DNA of 64,000 nt from the human T2T-CHM13v2.0 reference genome, Homo sapiens. Numbering within the stretch: position 1 is the first letter of the stretch; every line of letters begins with the position of its first letter. The notes under the pieces were generated by a model, which was not told the DNA's origin, did no database searches, and saw only the letters and a list, made by a program, of their open reading frames with translations. The stretch covers positions 10,240,001 through 10,304,000 of the forward strand of contig CP068257.2 in assembly GCA_009914755.4 (NCBI GenBank), given 5' to 3'. This document shows positions 27,076 to 42,364 of the stretch, piece by piece. A program made the translations under genes and the position numbers.

Positions 27076-30000
27076 CATTCCACTCTATTGCTTTCTATTC
27101 CACTCCATTCCATTCCATTCCACTCCACTCCACTCCACTCTACTCCACTGCACTCAACTGAATTCCAGTCCCATCCACTCCATTCCATTCCACTCTGTTC
27201 CATTCCACTCCACTATCCTTCATTACACTGTAGTCCACTCCATTCCTTTCCACTACAATCCACTCCATTCCATTCCATTTCATTCCACTCCAATCCATTC
27301 CATTCCACTCCACTCCATTCCACTGCACTCCACTCCTCTCCACTCCATTCCATTCCATTCCATTCCACTTCATTCCATTCCATTCCACTCCATTCCATTC
27401 CATTCCATTCCACTCCATTTCATTCCATTCCACTCCATTCCATTCCATTCCATTCCACTGCATTCCAATCCACTTGACTCAACTCCACTCCACTACACTC
27501 TACTCCACTCCATTCCGTTCCCTTCAATTCCATTGCATTCCATTCCATTCCATTCCATTCCACTCCAACACATTCCATTCCACACCATTCCACTCCACTC
27601 CACCACACTCCACTATACTTCACTCCGTTCCATTCCATTCCATGCCACTGCCCTTCGTTCCACTCCACTCAACTCCACTCCACACCACCCCACTCTGTTC
27701 CATTCTTTTCCGTTCCATTCCGTTCCATTCCCCTCCATTACACTCCATTCCACTCCACTCCACTCCCTCCTCTCCATTAAACTCCAATCCATTCCATTCC
27801 ACTGCACTCCAATCCACTCCACTCAACTCCACTCCACTCCATTCCAGTCCGTTCCCCTTTTTTCTATTCCTTTCCGTTCCGTTCCATTCCACTCCAATCC
27901 ATTCCTTTCCACTGCAATCCATTCCATTCCACTCCATTCCACTCCACTCAACTCCACTCCATTCCATTCCTCTCCAGTCCATTATATTCCACTCCATTCC
28001 GTTCCACTCCACTCCACTCCATTCTACTACACTACACTCCATTCCATTCCATTTCACTCCACTCCATTTCACTCCATTCCACTCAATTCCACTCCACACC
28101 ACTCCACTGCACTCCACTCCATTCCATTTTATTCCAATCCATTCCATTCCACACCATTCCGCTCAACTCCACCACACTCCACTCTAGTCCACTGCATTCC
28201 ATTCCATTACGTTCCATTCCATTCTACTCCACTCCACTCCATTCCATTCCATTTCAATGAACTCCGATCCACTGCACTCAACTCCATTCCAGTCCACTCC
28301 ACCCCGTTCTGTTCTGTTCCATTCCATTCCATTCCGTTCTGTTCCATTCCATTCCATTACACTCCATTCCCTTCCACTCTACTCCACTCCATTCAACTCC
28401 AGTCCATTTCACTACATTTCACTGCATTCAACGCCACATCACTCCACTCCACTCCACTCCATTCTGTTCCATTCCACTCCACTCCATTCCTTTCCATTCC
28501 CTTCCATTCCATTCCATTCCATTCCATTCCATTCCACTGCTCTCTGATCCACTGCACTCAACTCCACTCCACTCCACTCCACTCGGTTTTGTTCCGTTCC
28601 ATTCCATTCCATTCCTTTCGGTTCCATTTAACTCCATTCCATTCCACTCCACTCCAGTCCACTCCACTCCACTCCATTCCACTTCATTGCATTCCCTTCC
28701 ACTACACTTCGATCCACTGCACTTAACTCCACTCCACCCCACTCCGCTCTGTTCCATTCCGTTCCGTTCCATTCCATTCCACTCCATTCCATTCCACTCC
28801 ACTTCATTCCACTCCATTCCACTCCATTCCACTCCACTCCTCTCCACTCCACTCCACTGAACTCCAATCCATTCCACTCCACTCCACTCCACTCCACTGA
28901 ACTCCACTCCATTCCATACCACTACATTCCATTCATTTCCACTCCATTCCATTCCTCTCCATTCCACTCCATTCCACTCCACTCCGCTCTACTCCACTCC
29001 ATTTCATTTCATTCCACTACCCTCTGTTCCATTCCACTCCATTCCATTACACTCCACTCTAATCCATTCTACTCCACTGCACTCTACTCCATTCCATTCC
29101 ATTCCACTCTGATCCATTCCATTCCACTGCACTCCTCTCCACTCTATTCCATTCCATTCCACTCCACTCCACTCCATTCCATTCCATTATATACCATTCT
29201 GTTCCATTCCATTCCACTTCACTCCACTACATTCCATTCCATTCCATGCCATGCCATTCCATTCCATACCATTCCACTGCAATCCGATTAACTCCACACA
29301 ACTCCATTCCAGTCCATTCCACAACACTCCGTTCTGTTCCGTTCCACTCTATTCCTTTCAATTCCATTCCATTCCATTCCATTCCATTCCATTCCATTCC
29401 ATTCCATTCCATTCTTTTCCACTCCACTGCCTTCCATTCCACTCCATTCCATTCTACTCCACTCCACTCCACTCCAGTGATTTCCATTCCCCTCCCCTGC
29501 TTCCCATTCCACTCGACTCCCCTCAACTCTGTTCCATTCCGTCCTGTTCCACTCTCTTCCTTTCCATTCCTTTCCACTCCATTCCATTCCTCTCCTCTCC
29601 ATTCCACTCCACTCCATTTCACTCCATTACAATCCATTTCACTCCACAGCACTGCACTCAACTGCACTCCTTTCCATCAATTCCTCTCCACTCCTTTCCA
29701 TTCCATTCCATTCCATTCCACTGTACTCAGATCCACTGCATTCAACTCCACCCCACTCCACTCCACTCCACTCTGTTCCGTTCCATTCCATTCCGTTCCA
29801 TTCCATTCCATTCCATTCCATTCCATTCCAATTAATTCCATTCCATTCCACTCCACTGCATTCCACTGCATTCCATTCCACTCCACTCCATTCCACTCCA
29901 ATCACTTCCATTCCACTGCACTCTGATCCACTCCAATCAACTCCACTCCACTTCATTCACGTCCGTTCCACTCCGTTCTGTTCCCTTTTGTTCCATTAAG

Positions 30001-33000
30001 TTCCACTCCACTCCATTCCACTACACTGTATTACACTCCATTCCACTCCATTCCACTCCACTCATCTTAACTCCATTCCATTCCACTCCACTCCATTCTA
30101 TTCAATTCCATTCCATTAAACTCCACTCCACTCCATTCTACTCCACTCCTTTCCATTCCATTCCACTCCATTCCATTCCACTAAACTCCATTCGACTCCA
30201 CTCCACTCCACTTCTCTCCACTCCACTCCACTGAACTTCACTCCATTCCATATCACTCCATTCCATTAATTTCCACTCCATTCCATTCCTCTCCATTCCA
30301 CTCCATTCCACTCCACTCCACTCTACTCCACTCCATTCCATTTCATTCCACTACCCTCTGTTCCATTCCACTCCATTCCATTACACTCCACTCTAATCCA
30401 TTCTACTCCACTCCACTCTACTCCATTCCATTCCATTCCACTCCAATCCATTCCATTCCACTGCACTCCACTCCACTCTATTCCATTCCATTCCATTCCA
30501 CTCCACTCCATTCCATTCCACTCCACTCCACTCCATTCCATTCCATTACATACCATTCTGTTCCATTCCATTCCACTTCACTCCACTCCATTCCATTCCA
30601 TGCCATGCCATTCCATTCCATACCATTCTGTTCCATTCCATTCCACTTCACTCCACTCCATTCCATTCCATTTCATGCCGTGGCATTCCATTCCATTCCA
30701 TTCCACTGCACTCCGATTAACTCCACACAACTCCATTCCATTCCACTCCACAACACTCCGTTCTGTTCCGTTCCATTCTCTTCCATTCCATTCCATTCCA
30801 TTCCATTCCATTCCAATCCATTATTTTCCACTCCACTGCCTTCCATTCCACTCCATTCCATTGTACTCCACCCCATTCCACTCCATTGCTTTCCATTCCA
30901 CTCCCCTGCTTTCCATTCCACTCGACTCCCCTCAACTCTGTTCCATTCCGTCGTGTTCCATTCTCTTCCTTTCCATTCCTTTCCACTCCATTCCATTCCT
31001 CTCCTCTCCATTCCACTCCACTCCATTTCACTCCATTACAATCCATTTCACTCCACAGCACTGCACTCAACTGCACTCCTTTCCATTCAACTCCTGTCCA
31101 CTCCTTTCCCTTCTATTCCATTCCATTCCACTGCACTCAGATCCACTGCACTCAACTCCACCCCACTCCACTCCACTCCACTCTGTTCCATCACTTTCCA
31201 TTCCATTCCATTCCATTCCATGGCATTCTAATTAATTCCATTCCATTCCACTCCACTGCATTCCACTGCATTCCATTCCACTCCACTCCATTCCACTCTA
31301 ATCAATTCCATTCCACTGCACTCTGATCCACTCCAATCAACTCCACTCCACTTCATTCACGTCCGTTCCACTCCGCTCTGTTCCCTTCCATTCCATTAAG
31401 TTCCACTCCATTCCATTCCACTGCACTATATTACGCTCCATTCCACTCCATTCCTCTCCACTCATCTTAACTACCTTCCATTCCACTCCACTCCATTCTA
31501 CACAATTCTATTCCATTAAACTCCACTCCACTCCATTCTACTCCCCTCCACTCCATTCCATTCCATTCCACTCCATTCCATTCCACTAAACTCCATTCGA
31601 CTCCACTCCACTCCACTTCACTCCACTCCACTTCACTCCACTCCACTCCACTGAACTTCACTCCATTTCATACCACTCCATTCCATTCATTTCCACTAAA
31701 TTCCATTCCTCTCCATTCCACTCCATTCCACTCCACTCCACTCTACTCCACTCCATTCCATTTCATTCCACTCCCACCTATTCCATTCCATTCCATTCCA
31801 TTACACTCCACTCTACTCCATTCTACTCCACTCCACTCCGTTACATTCTATTCCACTCCAGTCCATTCCATTCCACTGAACTCCACTCCACTCTATTCCA
31901 TTCCATTCCACTCCAATCCATTCCATTCCACTGTACTCTACTCCACTCTATTCCATTCCATTCCACTCCACTCCACTCCACTCCATTCCATTCCATTACA
32001 TACCATTCTGATCTATTCCCTTCCTCTTCACTCCACTCTATTCCATTCCATTCCATTCCATGCCATTCAATTCCATGCCATTCCATTCCACTGCACTCCG
32101 ATTAACTCCATACAACTCCATTCCATTCCACTCCATAACACTCCATTCTGTTCTGTTCCATTTTGTTTCATTCCATTCCATTCCATCCCGTTCCATTCCA
32201 TTCTATTCCACTCCATGGCATTCCATTCCACTCCATTCCATTCTACTCCACTCCACTCCACTCCACTGCTTTCCATTCCACTCGACTCCCCTCAACTCTG
32301 TTCCATTCCGTCCCGTTCCATTCTCTTCCTTTCCATTCCATTCCACTCCATTCCATTCTTCTCCTCTCCATTCCACTCCACTCCATTTCACTCCATTACA
32401 ATCCATTTCATTCCACACCACTCCTCTCAACTCCATTCCTTTCCATTCAATTCCTCTCCACTCCTTTCCATTCCATTCCATTCCATTTCATTCCACTGCA
32501 CTCAGATCCACTGCCCTCAACTCCATTCCACTCCACTCCATTCCATTTAATTCCTCTGCACTCAAATCCACTGCACTCAACTCCACTCCACTCTGTTCCC
32601 TTCCATTCCATTCCATTGCATTCCATTCTGTTCCAATTAATTCCATTCCATGCCACTCCACTGCATTCCACTCCATTCCACTCCACTCCACTCCACTCCA
32701 TTCCACTATAATCAATTCCATTCCACTGCACTCTGATCCACTCCAATGAACTCCACTCCACTCCATTCATGTCCTTTCCACTCCGTTCTGTTCCCTTCCA
32801 TTCCATTATGTTCCACTCCATTCCATTCCACTCCATTGCATCCCACTCCATTCCACTCCACTCAACTTAACTCCATTCCACTCCACTCCACTTAACTCCA
32901 TTCCATTCCATTCCATTCCATTCTTTTCCAATCCACTCCATGCCATTCAACTCCACTGCATTCCATTCCATTTGACTGCACTCCATTCTATTCCATTCCA

Positions 33001-34437
33001 TTTTGTTCCATTCCACTGTCCTCCAATCCACTCCACTCAACTGCACTCCACTCCGCTCCACTCCATTCCATTCCATTCCATTCCATTTCATTCCACTCCT
33101 TTCCATTCCATTGCACTAAATTCCTTTCCATTCCACACCACTCCATTGCATTCCATTCCACACCATTCCATTTCATTCCACTCCATTCCATTGCATTCCA
33201 CTAGATTCAATTACATTCCACTCCACTCAACTCCACTCCACTCTACTCAGTTCCGTTCTGTTACATTCCATTCTGTTCTTTTCCATTCCATTCCATTCCC
33301 TTCCGCTCCACTTTATTCCATTCCACTCTATTCCATTCCACTCCCCTCCACTCCACTCCGCTCCACTCCACTCAACTCCATTCCACTCCACTCCACTCTA
33401 CTCCAATTTGTTCCATTCCGTTCCTTTCCATTCTGTTCCATTGCGTTCCATTCCACTCCATTCCATTCCACTCCACTCCACTCCATTTTACTAAATTCCA
33501 CTTCATTCATCTCCACTCCACTCCACTCCATTACATTCCATTTCATTGCACTCCACTCCATTCCATTCCATTCCTTTCCATTCCATTCAATTCCATGCCA
33601 CTCCACTGCACTCCAATCCACTCCACTCAAATCCATTCCACTCCACTCCATTCTGTTCTGTTTCATTCCATTGCTTTCCATTCCATTCCTTTCCATTCCA
33701 TTCAATTTCATTTCATTCCACTGCATTCCATTCCACTCCATTACACTCCACTCCACTCCACTCGAATCCACTCCACTCCACTCCATTCCACTACACTACA
33801 CTCCATTCCATTCCATTCCATTCCACTGCAACTCCGATTCACTCCACTCCATTCCACTACACTACACTCCATTCCATTCCATTCCATTCCATTCCACTGC
33901 AACTCCGATTCACTCCACTGAATTCCAATCCACTTCACTCCATTGCATTCAATTCAATGCCACCCCACTCCTTTCCATTCAATTTATTTCCATTCCATTC
34001 CGTTCCACTGCACTCCGATTAGCTCCGCTAAACTCCACTCCACTCCACTCCTCCCCGTTCCTTTCTGTTCCATTCCATTCCATTCCATTCCAATCCGTAC
34101 AATTCCATTCCATTCCACACCACTCAATTCCATACAACTCCATAGCACTCCACTCCACTCCAACTCACTCCAATCGACTCCACTCAACTCCACTCCTCTC
34201 CACTCCACTGCACTCCATTCCACTCTGATCCCCTCCAGTCCACTCCACTCCATTCCATTCTGTTCCATTCCATTTCCTTTCGTTCTGTTCCATTCATCTC
34301 CATTCCATTCCTTTCCATCCCACTCGATTCCACTCCACTAAATTCCACTCCACTCTATTCCACTCCACTCCACTCCATATCACTCCATTCCATTTCACTC
34401 CACTTCATTACATTCTACTCCATTCCATTCAATTCCT

Positions 34438-34513
34438 TTATTTCCACTGGATGTCACTCTGTCACTCAAACTGGAGTGCAGTGGCACAATCTTAGCTCAC
34501 ATTTCATTTCACA
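34438..34513 (-). mobile_element. Old Alu 3'-end fragment copy (A' counterpart of 6770-6846)
   Basis: Identical to the copy in A at an offset of 27,667. Confidence 0.75.
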
Positions 34514-36803
34514 ATTCCATTCCATTCCATTCCATTTCATTCCATTCCTTTCCATTCCATTCCATTCCTTTCCATTCCATTCCACTCTCTTCAACTCCAA
34601 TCCACTACACTCCATTCCACTTCTCTGCATCCCACTCCAGTACACTGGAATCCACTCCAATCCACTCCACTCCATTCCACTACCCTCTACTCCATTCCAT
34701 TCCACTCCATACCACTTCATAACAATCCACTCCAATCCTTTCCACTCCACTCCACTCAATTCCACTGCAATCCACTCCAATCCATTCCATTCCATTCCAA
34801 TCCACTCCATTCCATTCCATTGCATTCCCTTCCAATCCACTCTACTCCATTCAATTTCGTTCCCCTCCAATCCTCTCCACTCCACTCCATTCCACTCAAT
34901 TCCATTCCACTCCACTCAATTCCATTCCATTCTACTCCATTCCACTCCACGCTACTCCACTCCACTCCACTACACTCCACTTAATTTTATTCCATTCCAT
35001 TCCATTCCATTCCATTCCATTCCATTCCATACCATTCCACTCCACTCCACTCCAATCCAATCCGTTCCATTCCACTGCACTCTGATCCACTCCACTCAAC
35101 TCCACTCCATTCCACTTCATTCCATTTGATTCATTGCCACACCCCTCCTTTCCATTCTATTCCATTCCATTCCATTCCATTCCACTGCACTCCTATCCAC
35201 TCCACTCAACTCCCCTCCACTCCACTATTTTCCATTCCATTCCATTCCATTCCATTCCTTTCCATTCCATTCATTTCCATTCCATTCCACGCCACTCCAT
35301 TCCATTCAACTCCATTGAACTCCAATCCACTAAACTCCAATCCAATCCACTCCACTCCACTCCACTACGTTCCACTCCACTACACTCCACTACACTCCAC
35401 TACTCTCCACTCTGTTCCATTCCGTTCCTTTCCATTCCATTCTGTTCTGTTCTGTTACATTCCACTCCATTCCATTCCATTCCACTCCAATGCACTCCAA
35501 TCCATTTCACTGCATTCAACTCCATTCCACTCCACTCCAATCCACTTCACTCCATTCCATTCCGCTCCTTTGCATTCCATTCCACTCCATTCTATTCCAT
35601 TCCATTCCACTCCATTCAACTCCATTCACCTCCACTTCCTTTCTCTCCATTCTGTTCCACTACACTACACTCAATTCCCTTCCATTCCATTCCATTCCAC
35701 TCCATTTCTTTCCATTCCATTCCACTCCATACCACTCCATTCCATTCTATTTCATTCCATTCCACTGTACTCCAATCCACACCACTTGACTCCACTGCAA
35801 TCCACCCCAGTCCGTTCCATTTCGTTTCACTCCTTTCCCTTCCATTCCTCTCTATTCCATTCCACTCCACTCCAATCCAATCCACTCCACTCCTTTCCAT
35901 ACCACTCCATTCCATTCTAGTCCACTCCAATCACTCCATTCCATTGCATTCCACCCCATGCCACTCCATTCCACTCCACTCCATGCCACTGCACTCCATT
36001 CCATTCCAGTCCTCTCCATTACACTCCATTCCATTCCATTCCATTCTATTCTATTCCATTCCATTCCATTCCATTCCATTCCATTCCATTCCATTCCATT
36101 CTACTCTAGTCGGGTTGATTCCTTTCCTTTCACTTCCATTCCATTCCACTCCATTCCATTGTACTCCACCCCATTCCACTCCATTCCATTCCACTCCACT
36201 CCATTCCATTTCATTCCATTCCATTCCATTCCACTGCACTTCCTTCTACTCCACTCAACTCCACTACACACCACTCCATTCAATTTTGTTCCATTCCATT
36301 CCGTTCCATTCCACTTCATTCCACTCCACTACACTCAATTTTACTCCGCTCCATTTCACTCCATTCCACTCCATTCCACTCCACTCCACTCCATTCCATT
36401 CCACTCCACTCCATTCCACTCCTTTCCATTCCATTCCATTCCATTCCATTCCGTTCCATTCCACTCCATTCCACTCTGTTCCATTCCATTCCACTCCATT
36501 CCACTCTGTTCCATTCCATTCCCTTCCACTGCACTCCTATCCACTCGACTCAACTCCACTCCACTGCACTCCACTCCGTTCCACTCCCTTCAATTCCATT
36601 CCGTTGCGTTCCATTCCATTCCATTCCATTCCATTCCACTCCAATCCATTGCATTCCACACCATTCCACTCCACTCCTTTCCCTTCCACTCCTTTCAACT
36701 CCTTTCCACTCCATTCTATTCCATTCCTTTCCACTCCTTTCCATTCCATTCCATTACACTCCACTCCATTCCATTCCATTCCACTCCATTCAATTTGATT
36801 CCT

Positions 36804-36878
36804 GTATTTCGGGTGGATCTCACTCTGTCACACAGAGATTAGTGCAATATCACAATCTTAGCTCACATTTCATTTCAC
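36804..36878 (-). mobile_element. Old Alu 3'-end fragment copy (A' counterpart of 9141-9216)
   Basis: Identical to the copy in A at an offset of 27,662. Confidence 0.65.
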
Positions 36879-37538
36879 CATTCCATTCAACACCACTCCA
36901 TTACATTCTACTGCACTCTATTCCACTCCACTCCACTCCATTTAACTCCACTCCACTCCACTCCATTCCATTCCATTCCATTCTATTTAATTCCACTGCA
37001 CTCTGATACACTCCACTCAACTCCACTCTACTCCACTCCACTACACTACGTTCCATTCCATTCATTTTCCTTCCGTTCCATTCTGTTCCACTCCAGTCCA
37101 TTACATTCCACTCCACTCCTTTCCAGTCCATTCCATTCCATTCCACTCGACTCCACTCCACTCCACTTCTTTCCATTAAATTCCATTCCATTCCACTGCA
37201 CTCTGATCCACTCCACTCATTTCCACTCCATTTCACTCCACTCTGTTCCGTTCCATTCCAATCTCTTCCATTCCAGTCCATTCCATTCCATTCCACTGAA
37301 TTCTGCTCCATTCCACTCAATTCCATTGCACTCCGTTCCACTCCATTCCACTCTATGTTATTCCAGTCCATTCCTCTCCTTTCCATTCCCTTTCTGTCCA
37401 CTGCATTCAACTCCAGTCCACTCCACTCCATTCCACTCCTCTCCACTCCATTCCACTGCATTCCACTCCACTCCATTCCACTCCTCTCCACTCCATTCCA
37501 CTCCATTCCATTGCAATCCCCTCCATTCCATTCCGTTC

Positions 37539-37615
37539 CTTTATATCGAATGGATCTCACTCTGTAACTCAGACTTAAGTGCAGTGGCACAATCTTAGCT
37601 CACATTTTATTTCAC
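37539..37615 (-). mobile_element. Old Alu 3'-end fragment copy (A' counterpart of 9878-9953)
   Basis: Identical to the copy in A at an offset of 27,662. Confidence 0.75.
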
Positions 37616-38187
37616 CATTCCATTCCATTCCATTCCATTCCATTCCATTCCATTCCACTCTACTCCATTCAATTCCACTCCATTCCACTCCATGCCACTC
37701 CACTCCTCTTCACTCCACTCCATTCCACTCCATTCCATTCCATTCCACTGAACTCCAATCCACACCACTCAACTCCACTTGACTCCACTCTACTCCATTC
37801 CATTCCGTTTCATTCCTTTCCATTCCATTCATTTCCATTCCACTCCTTTATATTCCGCTCCACTCCATTCTACTCCACTCCACTCCATTCTACTCCACTC
37901 CTCTCCATTCCATTCCATTTCTCTCCACTCCACTTCATTCCGTGCTATTCCATTCCATTCCATTCCATTCCTTTCCCCTTCACTCCATTCCATTCCACTC
38001 CACTCCACACCACTTTACTCCGTTACCTTCCTTTCCATTCAATTCCGTTCCACTCCGTTCCATTCCGTTCAATTCTATTCCGTTCCACTCTACTCCAGTC
38101 CACTCCATTCCGTTTCACTCCATTCCGCTCCATTCCATTCCACTCCACTCCACTCCATTTCATTCTACTCCATTCCATTCCATTCCT

Positions 38188-38263
38188 TTATTTATAATGG
38201 ATCTCACTCTGTCAGCCAGACTGGAGTGCAGTGGCACAATCTTAGCTCACATTTCATTTCACC
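38188..38263 (-). mobile_element. Old Alu 3'-end fragment copy (A' counterpart of 10520-10595), last shared element before A' diverges
   Basis: Identical to the copy in A at an offset of 27,667. The downstream sequence differs from that in A. Confidence 0.75.
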
Positions 38264-38339
38264 ATTCCACTCCATTCCATTCCATTCCTTTCCATTCCAT
38301 TCAATCCACGTCACTCCACTCCATTCCATTCCACTCCAC

Positions 38340-38600
38340 TTCACTCCGCTCCACTCAACTCTGCTGCACTCCTTTCCATTCCCATCCACTCCATTCCGTT
38401 CCACTCCATTCCATTCCACTCCACTCCACTCCATTCTATTCCAATCCTTTCTATACAAGTACATTCCACTCCAATTCACTCCACTCCACTCCACTCAACT
38501 CCACTGCACTCCTTTCCATTCCCCTCCACTCCATTCCATTCCACTCCATTCCATTCCACTCCACTCCACTCCATTCTATTCCAATCCTTTCTATACCATT
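38340..38600. repeat. Local tandem duplication, 2 copies of a ~125-bp unit
   Basis: 'ctgcactcctttccattccc(a/c)tccactccattcc...ccattctattccaatcctttctatac(aagt/catt)acattccactcc' occurs twice. Confidence 0.7.
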
Positions 38601-41600
38601 ACATTCCACTCCACTTCTATCCCTTCCAAGTCACTCCACTCCATTCAACTCCACTCCTTTCAATTACATTCAATTCCACTGAACTCCTTTCAATTCCATT
38701 CCATTCATTTCCATTCCATTCCAAACCATTCCATTCATTTCCATTCCATTGCATTCCATTCCATTCCATTCCATTCCACTGCCTTCCACTCCATTCCATT
38801 CCATTCCAATCCACTAAATTCTATTCCACTCCAATCCACTCCATTCCATTCCAATCCAAACCATTCCATTCCTTTTGATTGCATTCCATTCATTCCACTC
38901 CACTCCATTCCATTCCATTTCACTCCATTTCTTTCCATTCCACACCATTTCATTCCATTCCACTCCACTCCACTCCACACCAATCCACTCCACTGCATTC
39001 CATTCAATTCTGTTCCATTCCATTCCACTCCAGTCCTCTCCATTCCATTCCATTTCAATACACTCCGATCCACTGCACTCAACTCCACTCCATTACACTC
39101 TATCCCGTTCCGTTCCGTTCCATTCCATTCCATTCCATTCAGTTCTGTTCCATTATATTCCATTCCACTCCAATCCATTCCACTCCACTCCATTTCACTC
39201 CTTTCCACTCAATTCTACTCCACATCACTCCAGTCCACTCCATTCCATTCCATTCCATTCCACTCCACTCCACTTCATTCCATTCCATTCAATATTGTTC
39301 CATTCCATTCCACTGCACTCCGATTCACTGCATTGAACTCCAATCCACTCCACTCCACTTGGTTCTGTTCCGTTCTATTCCATTCCATTCCATTCCATTC
39401 CATTCCATTTAATTCCATTCCATTCCACTCCACTCCAGTCCACTCCACTCCACTCCATTCCTCTCCACTCCACTCCATTCCACTTCATTCCTTTCCATTC
39501 CACTGCACTCCAATCCTCTCAACTCCACTCCACCCCACTCTGCTACGTTCCGTTAGTTTCCATTCCATTCTGTTCCATTCCATTCCACCCCATTCCATTC
39601 CACTCCACTCCATCCCACTCCATTTCACTTCACTCCACTCCACTGCACTCAACTCCCCTCCATTCCATACGACTCATTTCCATTCATTTCCACTCCACTC
39701 CATTCCTCTCCATTCCACTCCATTCCACTCCACTCCACTCTACTCCTCTCCATTCCACTCCTCTCCATTCCATTTCATTCCACTCCTCTCTATTCCATTC
39801 CACTCCATTCCATTTCACTCCACTGTACTCCATTCTACGCCACTCCACTCCACTCCATTCCATTCCATTCTACTCCACTCCATTCCATTCCACTTCACTC
39901 CACTCCACTCTATTCCATTCCATTCCACTCCACTCCACTCCATTCCATTCCACTCCACTCTACTCCATTCCATTCCATTACATACCATTCCGTTGCATTC
40001 CATTCCACTTCACTCCACTCCATTCCATTCCATTCCATTCCGTTCCATTCCACTGCACTCCAATTAATTCCACACAACTCCACTCCATTCCACTCCACTG
40101 CACTCCATTCTGTTCTGTTCTATTCTATACCGTGCCATTCCATTCCATTCTATTCCATTCCATTCTATTACACTTCACTGCATTCCATTCCACTCCATTC
40201 CATTCTACTCCAATCCACTCCACTCCACTGCATTCCAGTCCACTTGACTCCACTCCACTTCATTGCATTCCATCCCGTTCCATTCTGTTACTTTCCATTC
40301 CATTCCACTCCACTCCATTTCACTCCATTACACTCCATTCAACTTCACACCACCCAACTCAACTCCACTCCTTTCCATTCAATTCCTCTCCACTCCATTC
40401 CAGTCCATTCCACTGCACTCAGATCCACTGAACGCAACTCCACTCCACTCCACTCTGTTCTGTTCCGTTCCATTCCATTCCATTCCATTCCATTTAATTC
40501 CATTCCATTCCACTCCACTGCATTCCACTCCATTCCATTCCACTCCACTCCTCTCCATTCCACTCCAATCACTTCCATTTCACTGCACTCTGATCCACTC
40601 CAATCAACTCCACTCCATTCCAATCAACTCCACTCCACTCCATTCATGTCCATTCCACTCCGTTTTTTCCCTTCCGTTCCATTGTGTTCCACTCCGTTCC
40701 ATTCCACTCCACTGCATTCCACTCCATTCCTCTCCATTTCACTTCACTCAGCTCCACTTCATTCCATTCCACTCCTCTTCATTCTACTCCATTTCATTCC
40801 ACTCCACTCCACTCCATTCCATTCTACTTCACTCCATTCCATTCAATTCCACTCCACTCCAATCCATTCCATTCCATTCAGTTCCACTCCACTCCATGCC
40901 ATTCCACTACACTCCATTCCCTTCCATTCCATTCCATTCCATTCCATTCCATTCCATTCGAATCCATTCCATTCCATTCCTTTCCATTCCACTGTCCTCC
41001 AATCCACTCCACTCAACTCCACTACACTCCACTACACTCCGTTACATTCCTTTCCATTCCATTCCTTTCCATTGCATTCCACTAAATTCCATTCCATTCC
41101 CCACCTCTACATTGCATTCCATTCCACATCATTCCGTTTCATTCCACTACATTCCATTTCATACCACTAGATTCCATTACATTCCACTACACTCAACTCC
41201 ACTGCACTCCACTCCACTCCACTCAGTTACATTCCATTCCATTGCATTCTGTTCCTTTCCATTCCAATTCATTCCATTCCAATGCTTTCCACTCCACTCC
41301 ATTCCATTCCACTCCATTCCATTCCTCTCCCCTCCACTCCACTCCTCTCCACTCCAGTCCACTCCACTCTACTGTACTACACTTTGTTCCATTCCGTTCC
41401 TTTCTGTTCTGTTCCATTCCGTTCCATTTCACTCCATTCCATTCCATTGCACTCCACTCCATTCCATTCCATTCCTTTGCTTTCCATTCCATGCCATTCC
41501 ACTGCACTCCAATCCACTCCACTCAACTCCACTCTACTCCACTCCACTCTGTTCTGTTCTATTTCACTCCTTTCTGTTGCATTCCATTCCATTTCATTCC

Positions 41601-42288
41601 ATTCCATTAAACTCCACTCCATTCCATTCCATTCCACTCCTCTCCACTCCACTCCACTCCACTCAAATCCACTCCACTACACTCCATTCCACTCCACTAC
41701 ACTCCATTGCATTCCATTCCGTTCAATTCTACTTCACTCCCATCCTCTCCACTCAACTCCACTCCACTCCACTCCATTCAATGCCACCCCACTCGTTTCC
41801 ATTCCATTTAATTCCATTCCATTCCATTCCACTGCACTCCGATTAAGTCCACTCAACTCCACTCCTCTCCGTTCCATTCTGTTCCATTCCATTCCGTTCC
41901 ATTCCATTCCAATCCATACAATTCCATGCCATTCCATGCCCTTCCATTCCATGCAATTCCGTAGTACTCCACTCCACTCCAATCCACTCCAAACGACTCC
42001 ACTGAATTCCACTCCTCTCCTCTCCACTCCACTCCATTCCACTCCGATCACCTCCGCTTCACTCCATTCCACTCCGTTCCATTCTGTTCCATTCCATTTC
42101 CTTCGTTCTGTTCCATTCCACTCCATTCCATTCCTTTCCATTCCACTCCATTCCACTCCACTAAATTCCACTCCACTCCATTCCACTCCTCTAAATTCCA
42201 CTCCACTGCATTCCACTCCACTCCACACCATGTCCCTCTATTCCATTGCACTCCACTTCATTCCATTCTACTCCATTCCATTCCACTC

Positions 42289-42364
42289 CTTTATTTCGAC
42301 TGGATGTTACTCTGCCACTCAGACTGGAGTGCAGTAGCATAACCTTAGCTCATATTTCATTTCA
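42289..42364 (-). mobile_element. Old Alu 3'-end fragment copy
   Basis: 'tttatttcgactggatgttactctgccactcagactggagtgcagtagcataaccttagctcatatttcatttcac'. Confidence 0.75.

Larger units (their letters stand above)
27672..38263. repeat. Segmental duplication copy A' of 1-10597
   Basis: Same as copy A. Identity is >99.5%. Differences found: one extra ATTCC unit in A at 1689-1745 versus 29361-29414, and a G/C substitution at 1567 versus 29234. Confidence 0.9.
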